A DNA stretch of 64,000 nucleotides from Podarcis vaucheri (taxonomy: Eukaryota), in assembly GCA_965113315.1 (NCBI GenBank), contig OZ220364.1; one strand, written 5' to 3'. Under the pieces are notes generated by a model. That model worked only from the letters and a program-made list of their open reading frames with translations. It was not told where the DNA came from and did not search any database. A program made the position numbers and the translations under genes. This document shows positions 24,973 through 35,215 of this stretch, piece after piece (positions within the stretch are counted from its first letter, which is position 1; every line of letters starts with the position of its first letter).

Positions 24973-26568
24973 TGAAGTGGGTTATAGATGCAACTCAACT
25001 AGCCATCGCTCAGTGGATGAATCCAAGCAGTATCTACATACCCAGGCCCAACATCTTCTGCCTAAGGATTCTGGTTTATCAGAGATGAAGAAGATTCCTC
25101 CTGCCAATTAGGTTAAACTTGAATAAAGCACAGAGTGGCTTGGCAATATGGCTAGATGGCAGGGCCGGCCCAAGAACTTTTAGTACCTGAGGAAAACCAC
25201 AAAATGGCATCCTCCTCCCCACCTGGGAAGAAGGGCTGAGTGAATATCTACATCAGGAACAAGTGGGGAATAAGGATCTGTATTAGGATCTAGTGCCCCT
25301 GTGGGTTCTGCTGTCCAAGGCAGTCGCCTGACCTTGCCTCATGGGTTGGTCAGCCCCACCAGATAGAAAAGTAGATGTCATTGTATGAAAAGAATAACAT
25401 TAAAAGGATGGTGGGGAAAAGGTTCTGAGTCTTGGGAAGTATGAGTCTAGACTGGGGAAAGGCCAGGATGAAAGGCATGGTTACCTTTACACTGCAGGAA
25501 AGATACTTTTCTGTTCTAACTAGCCTCAGTACTATTTAGAGCTCTGCCTAGTACTTTTATGAGAGGTACTAGAAAACCAGGACACTTCATATATGCTATT
25601 GACAAAGATCAAGTGCTTATAGCTCAGAACAGTAACTGAATATGGTGAGCTAGTTCCACTTCCACAAATCCAATATGGAATCCTTTCTGGCATCAATTAG
25701 TGCATAGATTACCATTCTCATTCTCCCTGTATGGACAGCCAGAAGGTCACATAAGCACCAATACAGAGTATATTCCTAGGTTAGGGAATTGATTCCTATA
25801 GATCGAAATGTTCAGCACTGCAGACATATGAAAATAAAAAGAATTAAAAGGGGGGCATTTACCATGCTCTTCTTATGCCCTGAAATTAAGGGTCTCAGGA
25901 GCCAGACTGGTCTATATGTGTATCAGTGTTTCCATAGGTTGATTAGAATCAAACAATCAAGACCAAAAGCATTGTTGCTAACAAAAATTAGTCCCATTTC
26001 AATCAATTGCACTCTTGCATGTCCTGCTAAGGAGGCCTTTCAGACAGCTTGATCATTTATGCAAAGATCAACAATACCTGTAAATTGTTAAATGCACACG
26101 TCTGTCACATATAAGAAAGAAAACGGAGCAAGAACACTACTAAATAACTGAATAATTGAATGCATTGCCAAGACTTCAAGCATTAAAGAAATTCTTTAAT
26201 CTCCCAAAATTCAGTTTCATTGGAGAGCTCCAAGTTCTAATGTTATGAGAGAGGGGAAACAAATTATCTGCACTTTCTACACACTATGAATATAAGCAAC
26301 CCACAATCCTCCCTCCATGACCCATTCATGGAATCCTGATCAGACATATGGCTTATGTGGGTAGACCACACACATGGGTAGAAGTTTGTGGGTCTGTCTG
26401 CAAATCAGCTGATGAGAAGACCACATTTAGTTATGTTATTGGTCACCGCTACCTTTTGCTGACATGCCCCCATGGGCCTGAGAATTATTTTCAACATGAT
26501 GGGGCACCTGCCATGCTCATTTTCTGTCCCAGTCTTGCATGTGCAGAGCTGTCATGCCAACACGTCTC

Positions 26569-26879
26569 TGTTGATATAGCAGAGTCCATTTGCACAACGG
26601 AATGATGAATAGTACGTGCCACATGCTTTTTGTTGCTTTATTTACAGTTCATTGTAGAGAAATTACAAACTTGCATCTTGCCTCTGCTGGAGCAGAGAAG
26701 CAACCTTCCTTCTCCTCGGACTAACGAACAAGAGAGAACAGTGAAAAACAGGAAACCAGTGTACGTCACATCCAGCTTCCCATTCCCGTGTGAAAACCCA
26801 ACAGTGCTCTGACTGTGGAATGTAAACATTGTCTTGTGACAAGCACTTTGCTGCACAGTGAAGAGAGCAGAAACCAACA
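26569..26879 (-). repeat. 3' LTR of the copia element
   Basis: 311-bp copy of 31258-31568. The track reports the same spurious 60-aa ORF in both LTRs (26630 and 31319), consistent with identity. Confidence 0.97.
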
Positions 26880-26893
26880 TCCTCCCCCTTTCT
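26880..26893 (-). promoter_or_regulatory. Polypurine tract of the copia element
   Basis: Minus strand AGAAAGGGGGAGGA directly abuts the TG start of the 3' LTR. Confidence 0.92.
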
Positions 26894-26926
26894 GTGAACA
26901 TCACTGGGCAGCGTGTTCGTACAATA

Positions 26927-29900
26927 TCAGTACAAACCCAACTTCTGTACATAGGTACAGTGTTGATCCCTTGATACAATCTTGGACAATACATCAGCAG
27001 GAATTTCATTACCTGGCATATAGGACACCGTTACGAGTCCCTTCTGAATATGTTCCCTAGCATGTTGCACCTTCAACTGCAAGTGCTTCGTGCTTTGCTT
27101 ACAACCTTCCGAATTCAGCAAAGCCAAACATGCTTTGTTGTCCTGGTAAACCTGGATTGGACATTTGACAGGAATTTTCATGTCTTTGCACAATTGTAAC
27201 AACCATTCACAATCCTTAAGTGAATAAGACAGTGCATTCAGTTCAGCTTCACAAGTACTTAAGCTAATTGTTGTTTGCTTCTTGCATGACCAATCAAATA
27301 GACCCTGATTGTACATGTAGCAAACTCCAGACGTACTTTTCCTGTCTGTAGTGTCACTTCCAAAACTTGCATCTGCAAAAATCTCAAGACCACCAGACTT
27401 CTGATTGTTAAATCTCAGTCTGTAATGCATAGTGCCTTTCAAATAGCGTGCTATGCGTTTCAGAGCTTTCCAATCCTTAACAGTAGGATTGTTAACTTGT
27501 CTGCTTAGCAAATTACAGCTAACAGCAATGTCAGGTCTTGAACATCTGGCAATGAAGTTTAGCTTGCCTAGCACACTTCTGTACAGTGTAGTGTCAGAAA
27601 ATGCTTCTTCAGTGTCTTCTACCTGATAACCTGTTGTCATTGGTGTGTCTACAGGGTTAGCATCCATCAGGTTCAGTTTGCTTAACACATCAGCAATTTT
27701 CCTTGACTGGTGTACTAGAATGTTACCACTTTGATCTTTCTCTATTTCCAGAGATAGGTAGTTGTTTACCTCACCAAGATCTTTCATGTCAAAGTGCTCT
27801 TTCAGTTGAGCTAGGGCATTATTGTACATTGTGACATCTTTCCAAAAGAATAAAATATCATCAACATAAAACAAACAATACAGCTTCTTTTGCCCCTCCT
27901 CTTTGACAAATACACATGGATCAGCTTTCCCTTGCTTAAAACCTAGAGAAAACAATGCTTCAGTGAGTTTTGTGTGCCAACACCGTGCACTTTGTTTGAG
28001 ACCATAAAGGGACTTTTTCAGAGCACAAACAAATCCCTGTTTTACCTGTACGCCATCAGGTGGAAGCATATAAAGTGATTCACCTAGAGATCCGTACAAA
28101 AACGCTGTATTTACATCGTGGTGACTAATGTGTAGATTCTCCTCTGCAGCTAGCTTGAGCATAAGCCTAATGCTCTCATATCTCACCGTGGGTGAGTAGG
28201 TCTCGTGATAGTCTTCACCTGGTACCTGTGCAAAACCTCTGGCTACCAATCTGGCTTTGTGTCTGACTATCTTGCCATTTTGATCAGTCTTCGCTTTGAA
28301 GACCCATTTGCTTCCAAGCAGTTTCATTCCTGGAACTACTGGAACTAGTTCCCAAGTTTTGTTCCTTTCTAAGGAATCAAGCTCAGCCTTCATGGCATTT
28401 AACCATGGCTCAGCTTCCTTAGAATCCAAATCCTGGATTTCTTGGAAACTTGAAGGTTCAAATACCTTCTTGGAGCTTTTAACAGCTGCTACTGCTGTCT
28501 TAGCAAATTCATCAGCAAATCTCTTTGGAGGTCTGCCTTTTGTGGCTCTTTGTGACCTGCGAATTAGCCTTTGGTCTTCAACACTTTCCTCTTCCTTCTT
28601 AGGAGAAAAGTGACCTATTGTGAACAATGGTTCTTCCAATTCCTGATCAGAGCTTTCAGAGGGTCGCATAGAGGCTTTCGCACTCTTGAAATCCTCTGAC
28701 TTATCCGAATCAGTTTCAGACTCAGAATCAGAACCTTCATCAGTGGGTGTGGGTTGCTGTTGCTTATCCTCAGTCTCATCACTGTCATCAGGATAACATT
28801 GAAAAATTCCCACGTTCTCCCCCCACTTGGCATTGTACTCAACACTTCTTGTGAGCCTAATTGTCTTGGAGTCAGACATCATTATTCTGTAAGAACCTTT
28901 CTGATAACCTAGAAAGATACCATGCAATCCACGTTTGCCTAATTTGGAGCTTTGTGGTGAGTGAATCCACATATCAGAACCAAAAATTCTCATGTGTTTG
29001 ATGTATGGTTTCTTACCAAACATCTTCTCATAGGGGGTACAACCAATCGCTGAAGATAACCTGCGATTGTAACTGTAAAGAAAACACGAGAGAGCTTCGG
29101 CCCAATAACTCTCTGGAAGATTGGCATCATGCAGCAAGGTCTTTAACCCTTGAAGCAATGTTTGATTTGCCCTTTCGCAAAGCCCATTCTGCCATGGCGA
29201 GCGAGGACTGGACAAATCGTGTTGAATTCCTTTCTCAGTCAGAAAAGCTTCAAACTGCTGAGAAGTGAATTCTCCCCCGCGATCAGTGAAAAGAGTTTTT
29301 ATCTTCTTACCATGCACATTTTCTAACCAAGCACAGAATTCCTTAAACCTTGGAAAAGCCTCTGATTTCTGCTTGAGATTGTACACATAAATATACCTGG
29401 AAAATGCATCAATGAGAACCATGAAGAACTTATTGCCACCTATAGAGGGCGATAGTGGACCAACTAAATCAGCATGAACAATCTGGTATGGTTCTGTAGC
29501 TTGCCTACTAGACACCTTACCTTTCGCAGCCATTTTCACCTTGTTTGCTGCGCATGCCTTGCACTTCATGTGGTACCTGCAGGGTTTAATAGTCATACCT
29601 TCAACCAAGGTAGGCATTTTAGATACTGCCTCAAAATGCAAATGACCAAATTTTCGGTGAAAATCATGAATACATTCTGCATGCAAACTTTTGTTAGAAC
29701 CTGCAATGCAACAAGTGTCATTCTGCACAACATCATCATAATACAAAACAAACAAACGATCAACACATTCAGCATGCAACACATAATCGTTTTTCTTTGT
29801 GATGGTGCACTTCTTGTTCTTGAAGGACACGTCAATGTTCCGTTCATTCAGCTGCATCACACTTAGAAGATTGTGTGTGGCATCTGGAACATAAAGTACA

Positions 29901-30925
29901 TCATGTATCTCTAAGTCCAAACTGTGAAGAACAACAGTTCCGTAGCCTTGACTGGGGATCGTGTGGTCATCCGCCTGGTGAATCGCACCTTCCTGCGGTG
30001 TAAAAGACACGAACAGTCTCTTGTCGTTGCACATGTGGTGGGTAGCTGCTGAATCAACAACGAAGAAAGATCTAGACGTCTTCTGGACCTTTGCAACCTT
30101 TGGAGTGAAGCGTGAGACCATTGCCTTGTGCTGCGTTGTCCTGGAGACCGGACCTTTGCCTTTGCTTTGGCCTTTTCCACGCGATGAGCTTCCGCTGCGC
30201 TGCTCTGTCTTGGCCCTGGGATATTTGCATTCCCTCTTCATATGGCCTAGACGTCCACACGAGTAGCATTTCACTGCCTTCAAAGCTTTGGCGCCCTCTG
30301 GTGGTTCCACTGCACTCTGGGATGACGTCTGTGAAGACTCCCCCTTACCCATGCAGCTAGCACCCCGGCGATCTGCTTCATTCTGGACCACGGCAGTAAC
30401 ATAGGCTACTGTGAGCTGAGCAGTTGGTTGAACAGCAATCTGAGTGGCAACGGACTCCCAACTTGGACCCAAAGAATGAAGTATCATGAAGGAATACACA
30501 GCCTCTGGAAAGTTGAGTCCTCTCTGCTGCAACTCATGTCTCAGATTTTGCATCTCCATCAGGTGTTTACGCACATCTCCACCTTCAGCAAGAGCCATAT
30601 CATGCAGCTTGGCATAGTAGTACATTGAGGAACCAGCCTCTGTCCTCAAGTGAGCCTGTCTTAAAGAGTCCCAAATTTCTCTGGCTGTGGTCTTTCCACG
30701 CAACAGACAGAGCTCTTCTGGGGATACTATCAACGTAAGCGTTCCCCTTGCTTTGGAATCCTTAGCATTCCAATCAGCTGTAATTGGAGCTGGGGGGTTG
30801 TCTGTAATCACATTAAACAGACCTTCTTTCCGCAGAACTGCCTCTGCATATAACACCCACTCTGTGTAATTATTCTTATTGAGCTTAGGAATCCCAAAAG
30901 CATCAACCAGCTTTGCGTTTGCCAT
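26927..30925 (-). CDS. Copia Gag-Pol polyprotein (1332 aa from the first in-frame ATG, MANAKLVDAFGIPKL)
   Basis: Gag N-terminus IPKLNKNNYTEW. CCHC knuckle CYSCGRLGHMKREC (~30227-30268). Protease FVVDSAATHHM (DSAA ~30044-30055). Integrase HHCC (HRKFGH...CKAC), DDE core (VHADLVGP, TDRGGEF, NGLCERAN) and GKGY-like SKLGKRG...FLGY. RT with KARLVARGF, LKKSLYGLKQS and YVDD (~27857-27868). RNase H FADAS...RKSTSG...STCEAE...QDN...ADVLSK. The track start at 31060 is a TTG. Confidence 0.97.
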   Translation of the reverse strand: MANAKLVDAFGIPKLNKNNYTEWVLYAEAVLRKEGLFNVITDNPPAPITADWNAKDSKARGTLTLIVSPEELCLLRGKTTAREIWDSLRQAHLRTEAGSSMYYYAKLHDMALAEGGDVRKHLMEMQNLRHELQQRGLNFPEAVYSFMILHSLGPSWESVATQIAVQPTAQLTVAYVTAVVQNEADRRGASCMGKGESSQTSSQSAVEPPEGAKALKAVKCYSCGRLGHMKRECKYPRAKTEQRSGSSSRGKGQSKGKGPVSRTTQHKAMVSRFTPKVAKVQKTSRSFFVVDSAATHHMCNDKRLFVSFTPQEGAIHQADDHTIPSQGYGTVVLHSLDLEIHDVLYVPDATHNLLSVMQLNERNIDVSFKNKKCTITKKNDYVLHAECVDRLFVLYYDDVVQNDTCCIAGSNKSLHAECIHDFHRKFGHLHFEAVSKMPTLVEGMTIKPCRYHMKCKACAANKVKMAAKGKVSSRQATEPYQIVHADLVGPLSPSIGGNKFFMVLIDAFSRYIYVYNLKQKSEAFPRFKEFCAWLENVHGKKIKTLFTDRGGEFTSQQFEAFLTEKGIQHDLSSPRSPWQNGLCERANQTLLQGLKTLLHDANLPESYWAEALSCFLYSYNRRLSSAIGCTPYEKMFGKKPYIKHMRIFGSDMWIHSPQSSKLGKRGLHGIFLGYQKGSYRIMMSDSKTIRLTRSVEYNAKWGENVGIFQCYPDDSDETEDKQQQPTPTDEGSDSESETDSDKSEDFKSAKASMRPSESSDQELEEPLFTIGHFSPKKEEESVEDQRLIRRSQRATKGRPPKRFADEFAKTAVAAVKSSKKVFEPSSFQEIQDLDSKEAEPWLNAMKAELDSLERNKTWELVPVVPGMKLLGSKWVFKAKTDQNGKIVRHKARLVARGFAQVPGEDYHETYSPTVRYESIRLMLKLAAEENLHISHHDVNTAFLYGSLGESLYMLPPDGVQVKQGFVCALKKSLYGLKQSARCWHTKLTEALFSLGFKQGKADPCVFVKEEGQKKLYCLFYVDDILFFWKDVTMYNNALAQLKEHFDMKDLGEVNNYLSLEIEKDQSGNILVHQSRKIADVLSKLNLMDANPVDTPMTTGYQVEDTEEAFSDTTLYRSVLGKLNFIARCSRPDIAVSCNLLSRQVNNPTVKDWKALKRIARYLKGTMHYRLRFNNQKSGGLEIFADASFGSDTTDRKSTSGVCYMYNQGLFDWSCKKQTTISLSTCEAELNALSYSLKDCEWLLQLCKDMKIPVKCPIQVYQDNKACLALLNSEGCKQSTKHLQLKVQHAREHIQKGLVTVSYMPGNEIPADVLSKIVSRDQHCTYVQKLGLY

Positions 30926-31239
30926 TTTCTGCTGCTTAAAACAAGCTGCGTCACAGTCCTGCAGCTTCAGCCAAAAGCACTTGTAAAAGTACTTTCGATT
31001 TCCCCAGCCATCCAAGCCTGTTAGCTTGTGCCTTTTGGAGCCTTGCCTGTAACACGGCAAAACGGCTTTAAAAGTTCAAAGTCCAGCAATAAAACCATAA
31101 ACTAGTAGCTGGCAGGCTGCCAGGCTGCTCCGGGAGAATGAGCACATACCTTCATCAATCAAACTTGACGCGCAGAGCAGATAACGCGATCCGTTCCTCT
31201 GTACCTCTGCCGGCATTCCTCAGTTTGATTTACGTCTTT

Positions 31240-31254
31240 CTGGGCCCGGAACCA
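31240..31254 (-). promoter_or_regulatory. Putative primer-binding site (half-tRNAiMet-like variant)
   Basis: Minus strand reads TTT-TGGTTCCGGGCCCAG right after the 5' LTR. This is a 12/14 match to GGTTATGGGCCCAG, the complement of the tRNAiMet anticodon arm used by Drosophila copia. Confidence 0.7.
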
Positions 31255-31257
31255 AAA

Positions 31258-31568
31258 TGTTGATATAGCAGAGTCCATTTGCACAACGGAATGATGAATA
31301 GTACGTGCCACATGCTTTTTGTTGCTTTATTTACAGTTCATTGTAGAGAAATTACAAACTTGCATCTTGCCTCTGCTGGAGCAGAGAAGCAACCTTCCTT
31401 CTCCTCGGACTAACGAACAAGAGAGAACAGTGAAAAACAGGAAACCAGTGTACGTCACATCCAGCTTCCCATTCCCGTGTGAAAACCCAACAGTGCTCTG
31501 ACTGTGGAATGTAAACATTGTCTTGTGACAAGCACTTTGCTGCACAGTGAAGAGAGCAGAAACCAACA
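31258..31568 (-). repeat. 5' LTR of the copia element
   Basis: 311 bp with TG...CA ends and terminal inverted repeats TGTTG/CAACA. Minus-strand AATAAA and a CRE-like TGACGTA. Matches 26569-26879 with no difference seen. Confidence 0.97.
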
Positions 31569-32016
31569 GTCTCACCAGCACTAAAAATCCACTTCAGCAT
31601 GTTCATATTAATTTGTTTAACATTCGCTTACAGCCATTCTGAGGCATTAATTAAATGCCTTTTAAAAGTTCAGTGACGTAAAATGTACTCGAGTGGGAAC
31701 AAAATGATCTGACCTCGACCTCTGCAGACAAGGAAAATCAAATTCAGCGTCATCTGGAAAATTTGGGATTGCCTTTAGGCCATCAGTCGTTCCTTCATAA
31801 CGTCACTTCAGGTGGAGGTAAGTGAGCAGTAAGCCTGCAGACTAGAAAGTCCTACTGTCGTCTATTTCATGCCTGGCATTGCCTTCTTCAGGGCACAAGA
31901 AGAACTGGGGATCAACACTCCCCCAACCAATTCAACAAGACCCTCTCTATTTAGAGACTCACTCAAATTCAGGCTGGGCTCAAAAGACTACCACAGTTCT
32001 TTAGCCAGCCCTAGTC

Positions 32017-32125
32017 ATAAGAACATAAGATGAGCCTGTTGGGTCAGGCCAATGGCTTATCTAGCTCAGCATCCTGTTTTCACAGTGGCCAACCAGATGC
32101 CTGTGGGAAACCAGGGACCACAAGA
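32017..32125 (-). mobile_element. 3' tail of a CR1-type retroelement (CATAAGAA repeat end)
   Basis: CATAAGAACATAAGA...TCAGGCCAATGG...ATCTAG..CAGCATCCTGTT.TCACAGTGGCCAACCAGATGCC. Related copies at ~1030-1215, ~4722-4975 and ~12980-13060. Confidence 0.6.
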
Positions 32126-32819
32126 GCACTTTCTTTGAGCACTAGAGCACTTCCCCTTCCTGACATTTCCCTTGTTCTCCGAACAAATAAAATGCTTCAG
32201 GAAACAATGCTTGTAGTTCCTGGTCCTACTTTGCTGCTTCCTGCTCGTCTTGACCCTTGATCATCAGATTCCCTGACCCATGTGGATTGCTGTTTGCCTG
32301 ATCCTAGGACTGGACCCGACTTTAGATACTGCCTCTGCCTCCAGGCAAGTACTCCTCAGAGATTCTTCTGGTTGGCTGGTCTCCCACTCCACTGAGCTCT
32401 GCATGTTGTTGCTCAGCAACAAGACTGAAATCAAGATATACTACATCCTCAGCATTTCCCTGATCCACCAAGCTCAATATCAAAAAAGTGTCCAACAAGA
32501 AAAGACATACGGAATAAGTTGTTTAGATGATGATGATGCTAGAAGACAGCAATCAAAACCATTACTCAGCCTCAAACATAGACCAGAGATGGTAATCATG
32601 TGGCCATCCAAATGTTATTGAGACTAAAACTTTTATCATCCCTGAGCATTAGCCATGCTGACTGGAGCTAATGGGAATTAGAGTGCAACAACCATCTGGA
32701 GGGCCGCTTTCACAACCCCACCTTAGATGTTTTAAATAGCTGCATAAATAAAATGTTTCAGCCTCGTGTCAAAAGAATTTCAATGTGAGCACTGGAGGGT
32801 CTCTTTATGGAGAACTTTG

Positions 32820-33060
32820 ACTGACTGACTGATTGGTTGATTGATTGCATTTATATCCTACCTTTTTCTCCAAGGAGTCTAAGGTATCTTACATGGTTCA
32901 CCCCTCCTCATTTAATGCCCACAAAAACCCTGTGTGGTAGATCAGGCTGAGAGACAACAACTGACCCAAAGTCCCCCAGTGAACTTCTTGGCTGAGCTAG
33001 GATTTGAACCTTGGTCTTCCAGGACCTAGTCTGACACACTAGCCACTGTGCCACACTGCT
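32820..33060 (-). mobile_element. Older MIR/CORE-like SINE
   Basis: (GATT)n tail, CCCACAAAAACCCTGTG...GCTGAGA...CTGACCCAAAGTC...GATTTGAACC B-box and CCACTGTGCCACACTG head. Confidence 0.65.
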
Positions 33061-34688
33061 TATTCCACAGCTGAGATGCCACCCATGAAAAGCCTTCATG
33101 CACACTTGCCTGAAGTCAGCATGTGATAAACTGTAACGTAGAGAAGACCTTTGTAAAGGAAAGCGAGACAGTGCTGGCACGATGTCAAAGGAATTAAGAG
33201 GAGCTTGTTACTGGGATGGAGATGGATGCTATCTCAGAATCACTTCCTAAAATAATAAAACATCGGGGGTGGGGCAGGCAGCATAAGGAATCGCCATGCC
33301 TCCCAAAAAGTATCACTGGCTGTACCATATTTCTACATTGCAAAATGTCACATGGAAATTGTGCCAAGTCTTTATCAATAGGTATCCCTGTTGCATTGCT
33401 ATTGGTTACATTCATCCTGCTGCTGCCTAGGAGATGGAAACTGTTATTCCTATTGGGAAAAGCTTTGGAGCACATGCATATGGCAGCATATGGTCGCCTG
33501 CTTGCAAGTTTTAGTCTACTTGGCATCCTTGAGAATTGGCTTCTACTTGATTTAAGAAGTATTTGAGCTATTCCATTTGATTATAAATGGGCAATATCGT
33601 TACAGGGAGGTCAAAGTGTACAGTCATCTCTGGAGCTTTTGTTTAATTAAAACCCCCCACTAATGGTTGCTGTCAAATATTACTACTGCGGAATAGCTGC
33701 CATCAATGTTTAATGGGGCTTTTAATTTTCTTGCACTGTAAGTGATGTAGAGAAATGCAGCAATCACATTGTAGGAAATGTGTGCAGATTTGCAGAGGCA
33801 AAATTAAGACATCTGCATTGCTTTTGGTCAGTCGATCCTCAGAAAAAAGCTGCATGGTCAGATTGTGGTGGGGTTTCATATGTGTCAAGCATGGCAGGAA
33901 GAATGTAGATTGGGATCTACTGGTGGACCTCTGAGTGTTATTTTGCAGTGGATTGGCAAGGCTGTGCTTTCTGATTCCTAAATCTTTAACGGTGGCAACA
34001 ATGCAGAAGTGCTTTCTCCTCCTTAAATAAGGTTGCTGAAGTGAAGAAAGCTTGGAGTGAATTTTGGGGTGGAAGAACTATGAGCTGAGCACAACCCCCT
34101 TTTCTTAAAATCTAACTCTTATGTCTTTTGAACTTGGCACTGGTTGGTAGACGATGGAGTTCTAGTAAAAACATGCACACCCAACAAAGCAGATTTGACA
34201 AGCCTGGTCTGCCCCCTACCTGGAGTGAAGTGTCTACCTCTTGAGTCTTCTCTACCCCACGTACCACCACAATGCTTGGGTGATGCTGCTGTACTTATCC
34301 ACTGATGAAGGGGAAATTGTAGGGGGCATACAAAGCCTCCCTTGGCCACCTGCCCTGTTCCCTCTGCCGGCATGCTCACTCATGCCCCATCTCCCAAAGT
34401 AGCCAGTAGCAGCAACAGAGCAGGAAGGCTTGCAAAGGCTGCCCTGCGGTAATCTGCCTGCCTGCCTGCCTCTGCAGGCTGGCGATATCTTTATTTCTTG
34501 CTGTTTCAGTTACTTGAATCCTTTGCTTAAATTTTAACCCTTGCCAGTTCCAGGAATGAGAAGAGAGCTCAGTCATACAGCCCATACACCCCCAAACTCA
34601 TAACAATATAGTATAGAAAGATATATTGCAGTCTTGCCCAACTGGGACACAGCATGTATTTTGAACTACAATTCCCATCATGCCTTCT

Positions 34689-35086
34689 CCTCCTCCTCCT
34701 CCTTCGGCAATCACTTGTAGCCGAGTAAGATTGTCTTCCATAAACACGGTTTTAACAGTGAGTCCGTAAATGACTGTGGAGGCCAATTCTGGATCCACAC
34801 GTCCTTCCACAGTGGGGACATTGGTTTCCGGGTGGGAATTGATCACAGTGTGGATTTGCCAAGCGTGCCTTCCTCCTAGCACTTTTCTCCCTTGCATCCT
34901 GAGTTTGAGTATCTTCAAAACCCATGACACCTTTGGTAAAGGCTGTTCTCCAACTGGAGCGCTCACAGGCCAGTGTTTCCCAGTTGTCAGTGTGTAGACT
35001 ACATTTTTTTAGATATCCCTTGAGACAGTCTTTAAACCTCTTTTGTTGACCACCAGCATTACGCTTTCCATTTTTAAGTTCAGAAT
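34689..35086 (-). mobile_element. RTE-clade LINE 3' end with C2H2 finger, inserted in a MITE
   Basis: ELKNGKRNAGGQQKRFKDCLK...WETLACERSSWR...CPHCGRTCGSRIGLHSHLRTH. (GGA)n tail. Imperfect TSD ATGCCTTCT/ATGCTTTCT at 34680-34688 and 35087-35095. Confidence 0.88.
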
Positions 35087-35157
35087 ATGCTTTCTGAGGC
35101 TGATGGGTTTTGTAGTCCAAAACACCTGGAGGACAGCAGCTTGGGGAAGGATTGTGC

Positions 35158-35162
<5 letters not shown>

Positions 35163-35213
<51 letters not shown>
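35163..35213 (+). repeat. (GA)n microsatellite
   Basis: Direct reading; abuts the tRNA-Lys SINE head. Confidence 0.95.

Positions 35214-35215
<2 letters not shown>

Larger units (their letters stand above)
26569..31568 (-). mobile_element. Full-length Ty1/copia LTR retrotransposon, structurally intact
   Basis: Direct repeats of 311 bp at 26569-26879 and 31258-31568, both TGTTG...CAACA. Perfect 5-bp TSD GTCTC at 26564-26568 and 31569-31573. PBS-like site inside the right LTR and PPT inside the left LTR. Single internal ORF in the copia order Gag-PR-IN-RT-RH. Confidence 0.98.

Noticed and set aside
26880-26926. Possible env-like extra ORF or endogenous retrovirus
   Set aside because: Only 47 bp separate the pol stop from the 3' LTR, and the IN-before-RT order is copia, not retroviral or gypsy.
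30926-31060. 45-aa N-terminal extension of the copia ORF in the track
   Set aside because: It starts at TTG, not ATG. Gag similarity begins at MANAK...IPKL (ATG at 30925).
26569-31568. Copia element as contamination from another organism
   Set aside because: It is joined to lizard-type flanks by a perfect 5-bp TSD, which indicates genuine integration. Long reads would be the final test.
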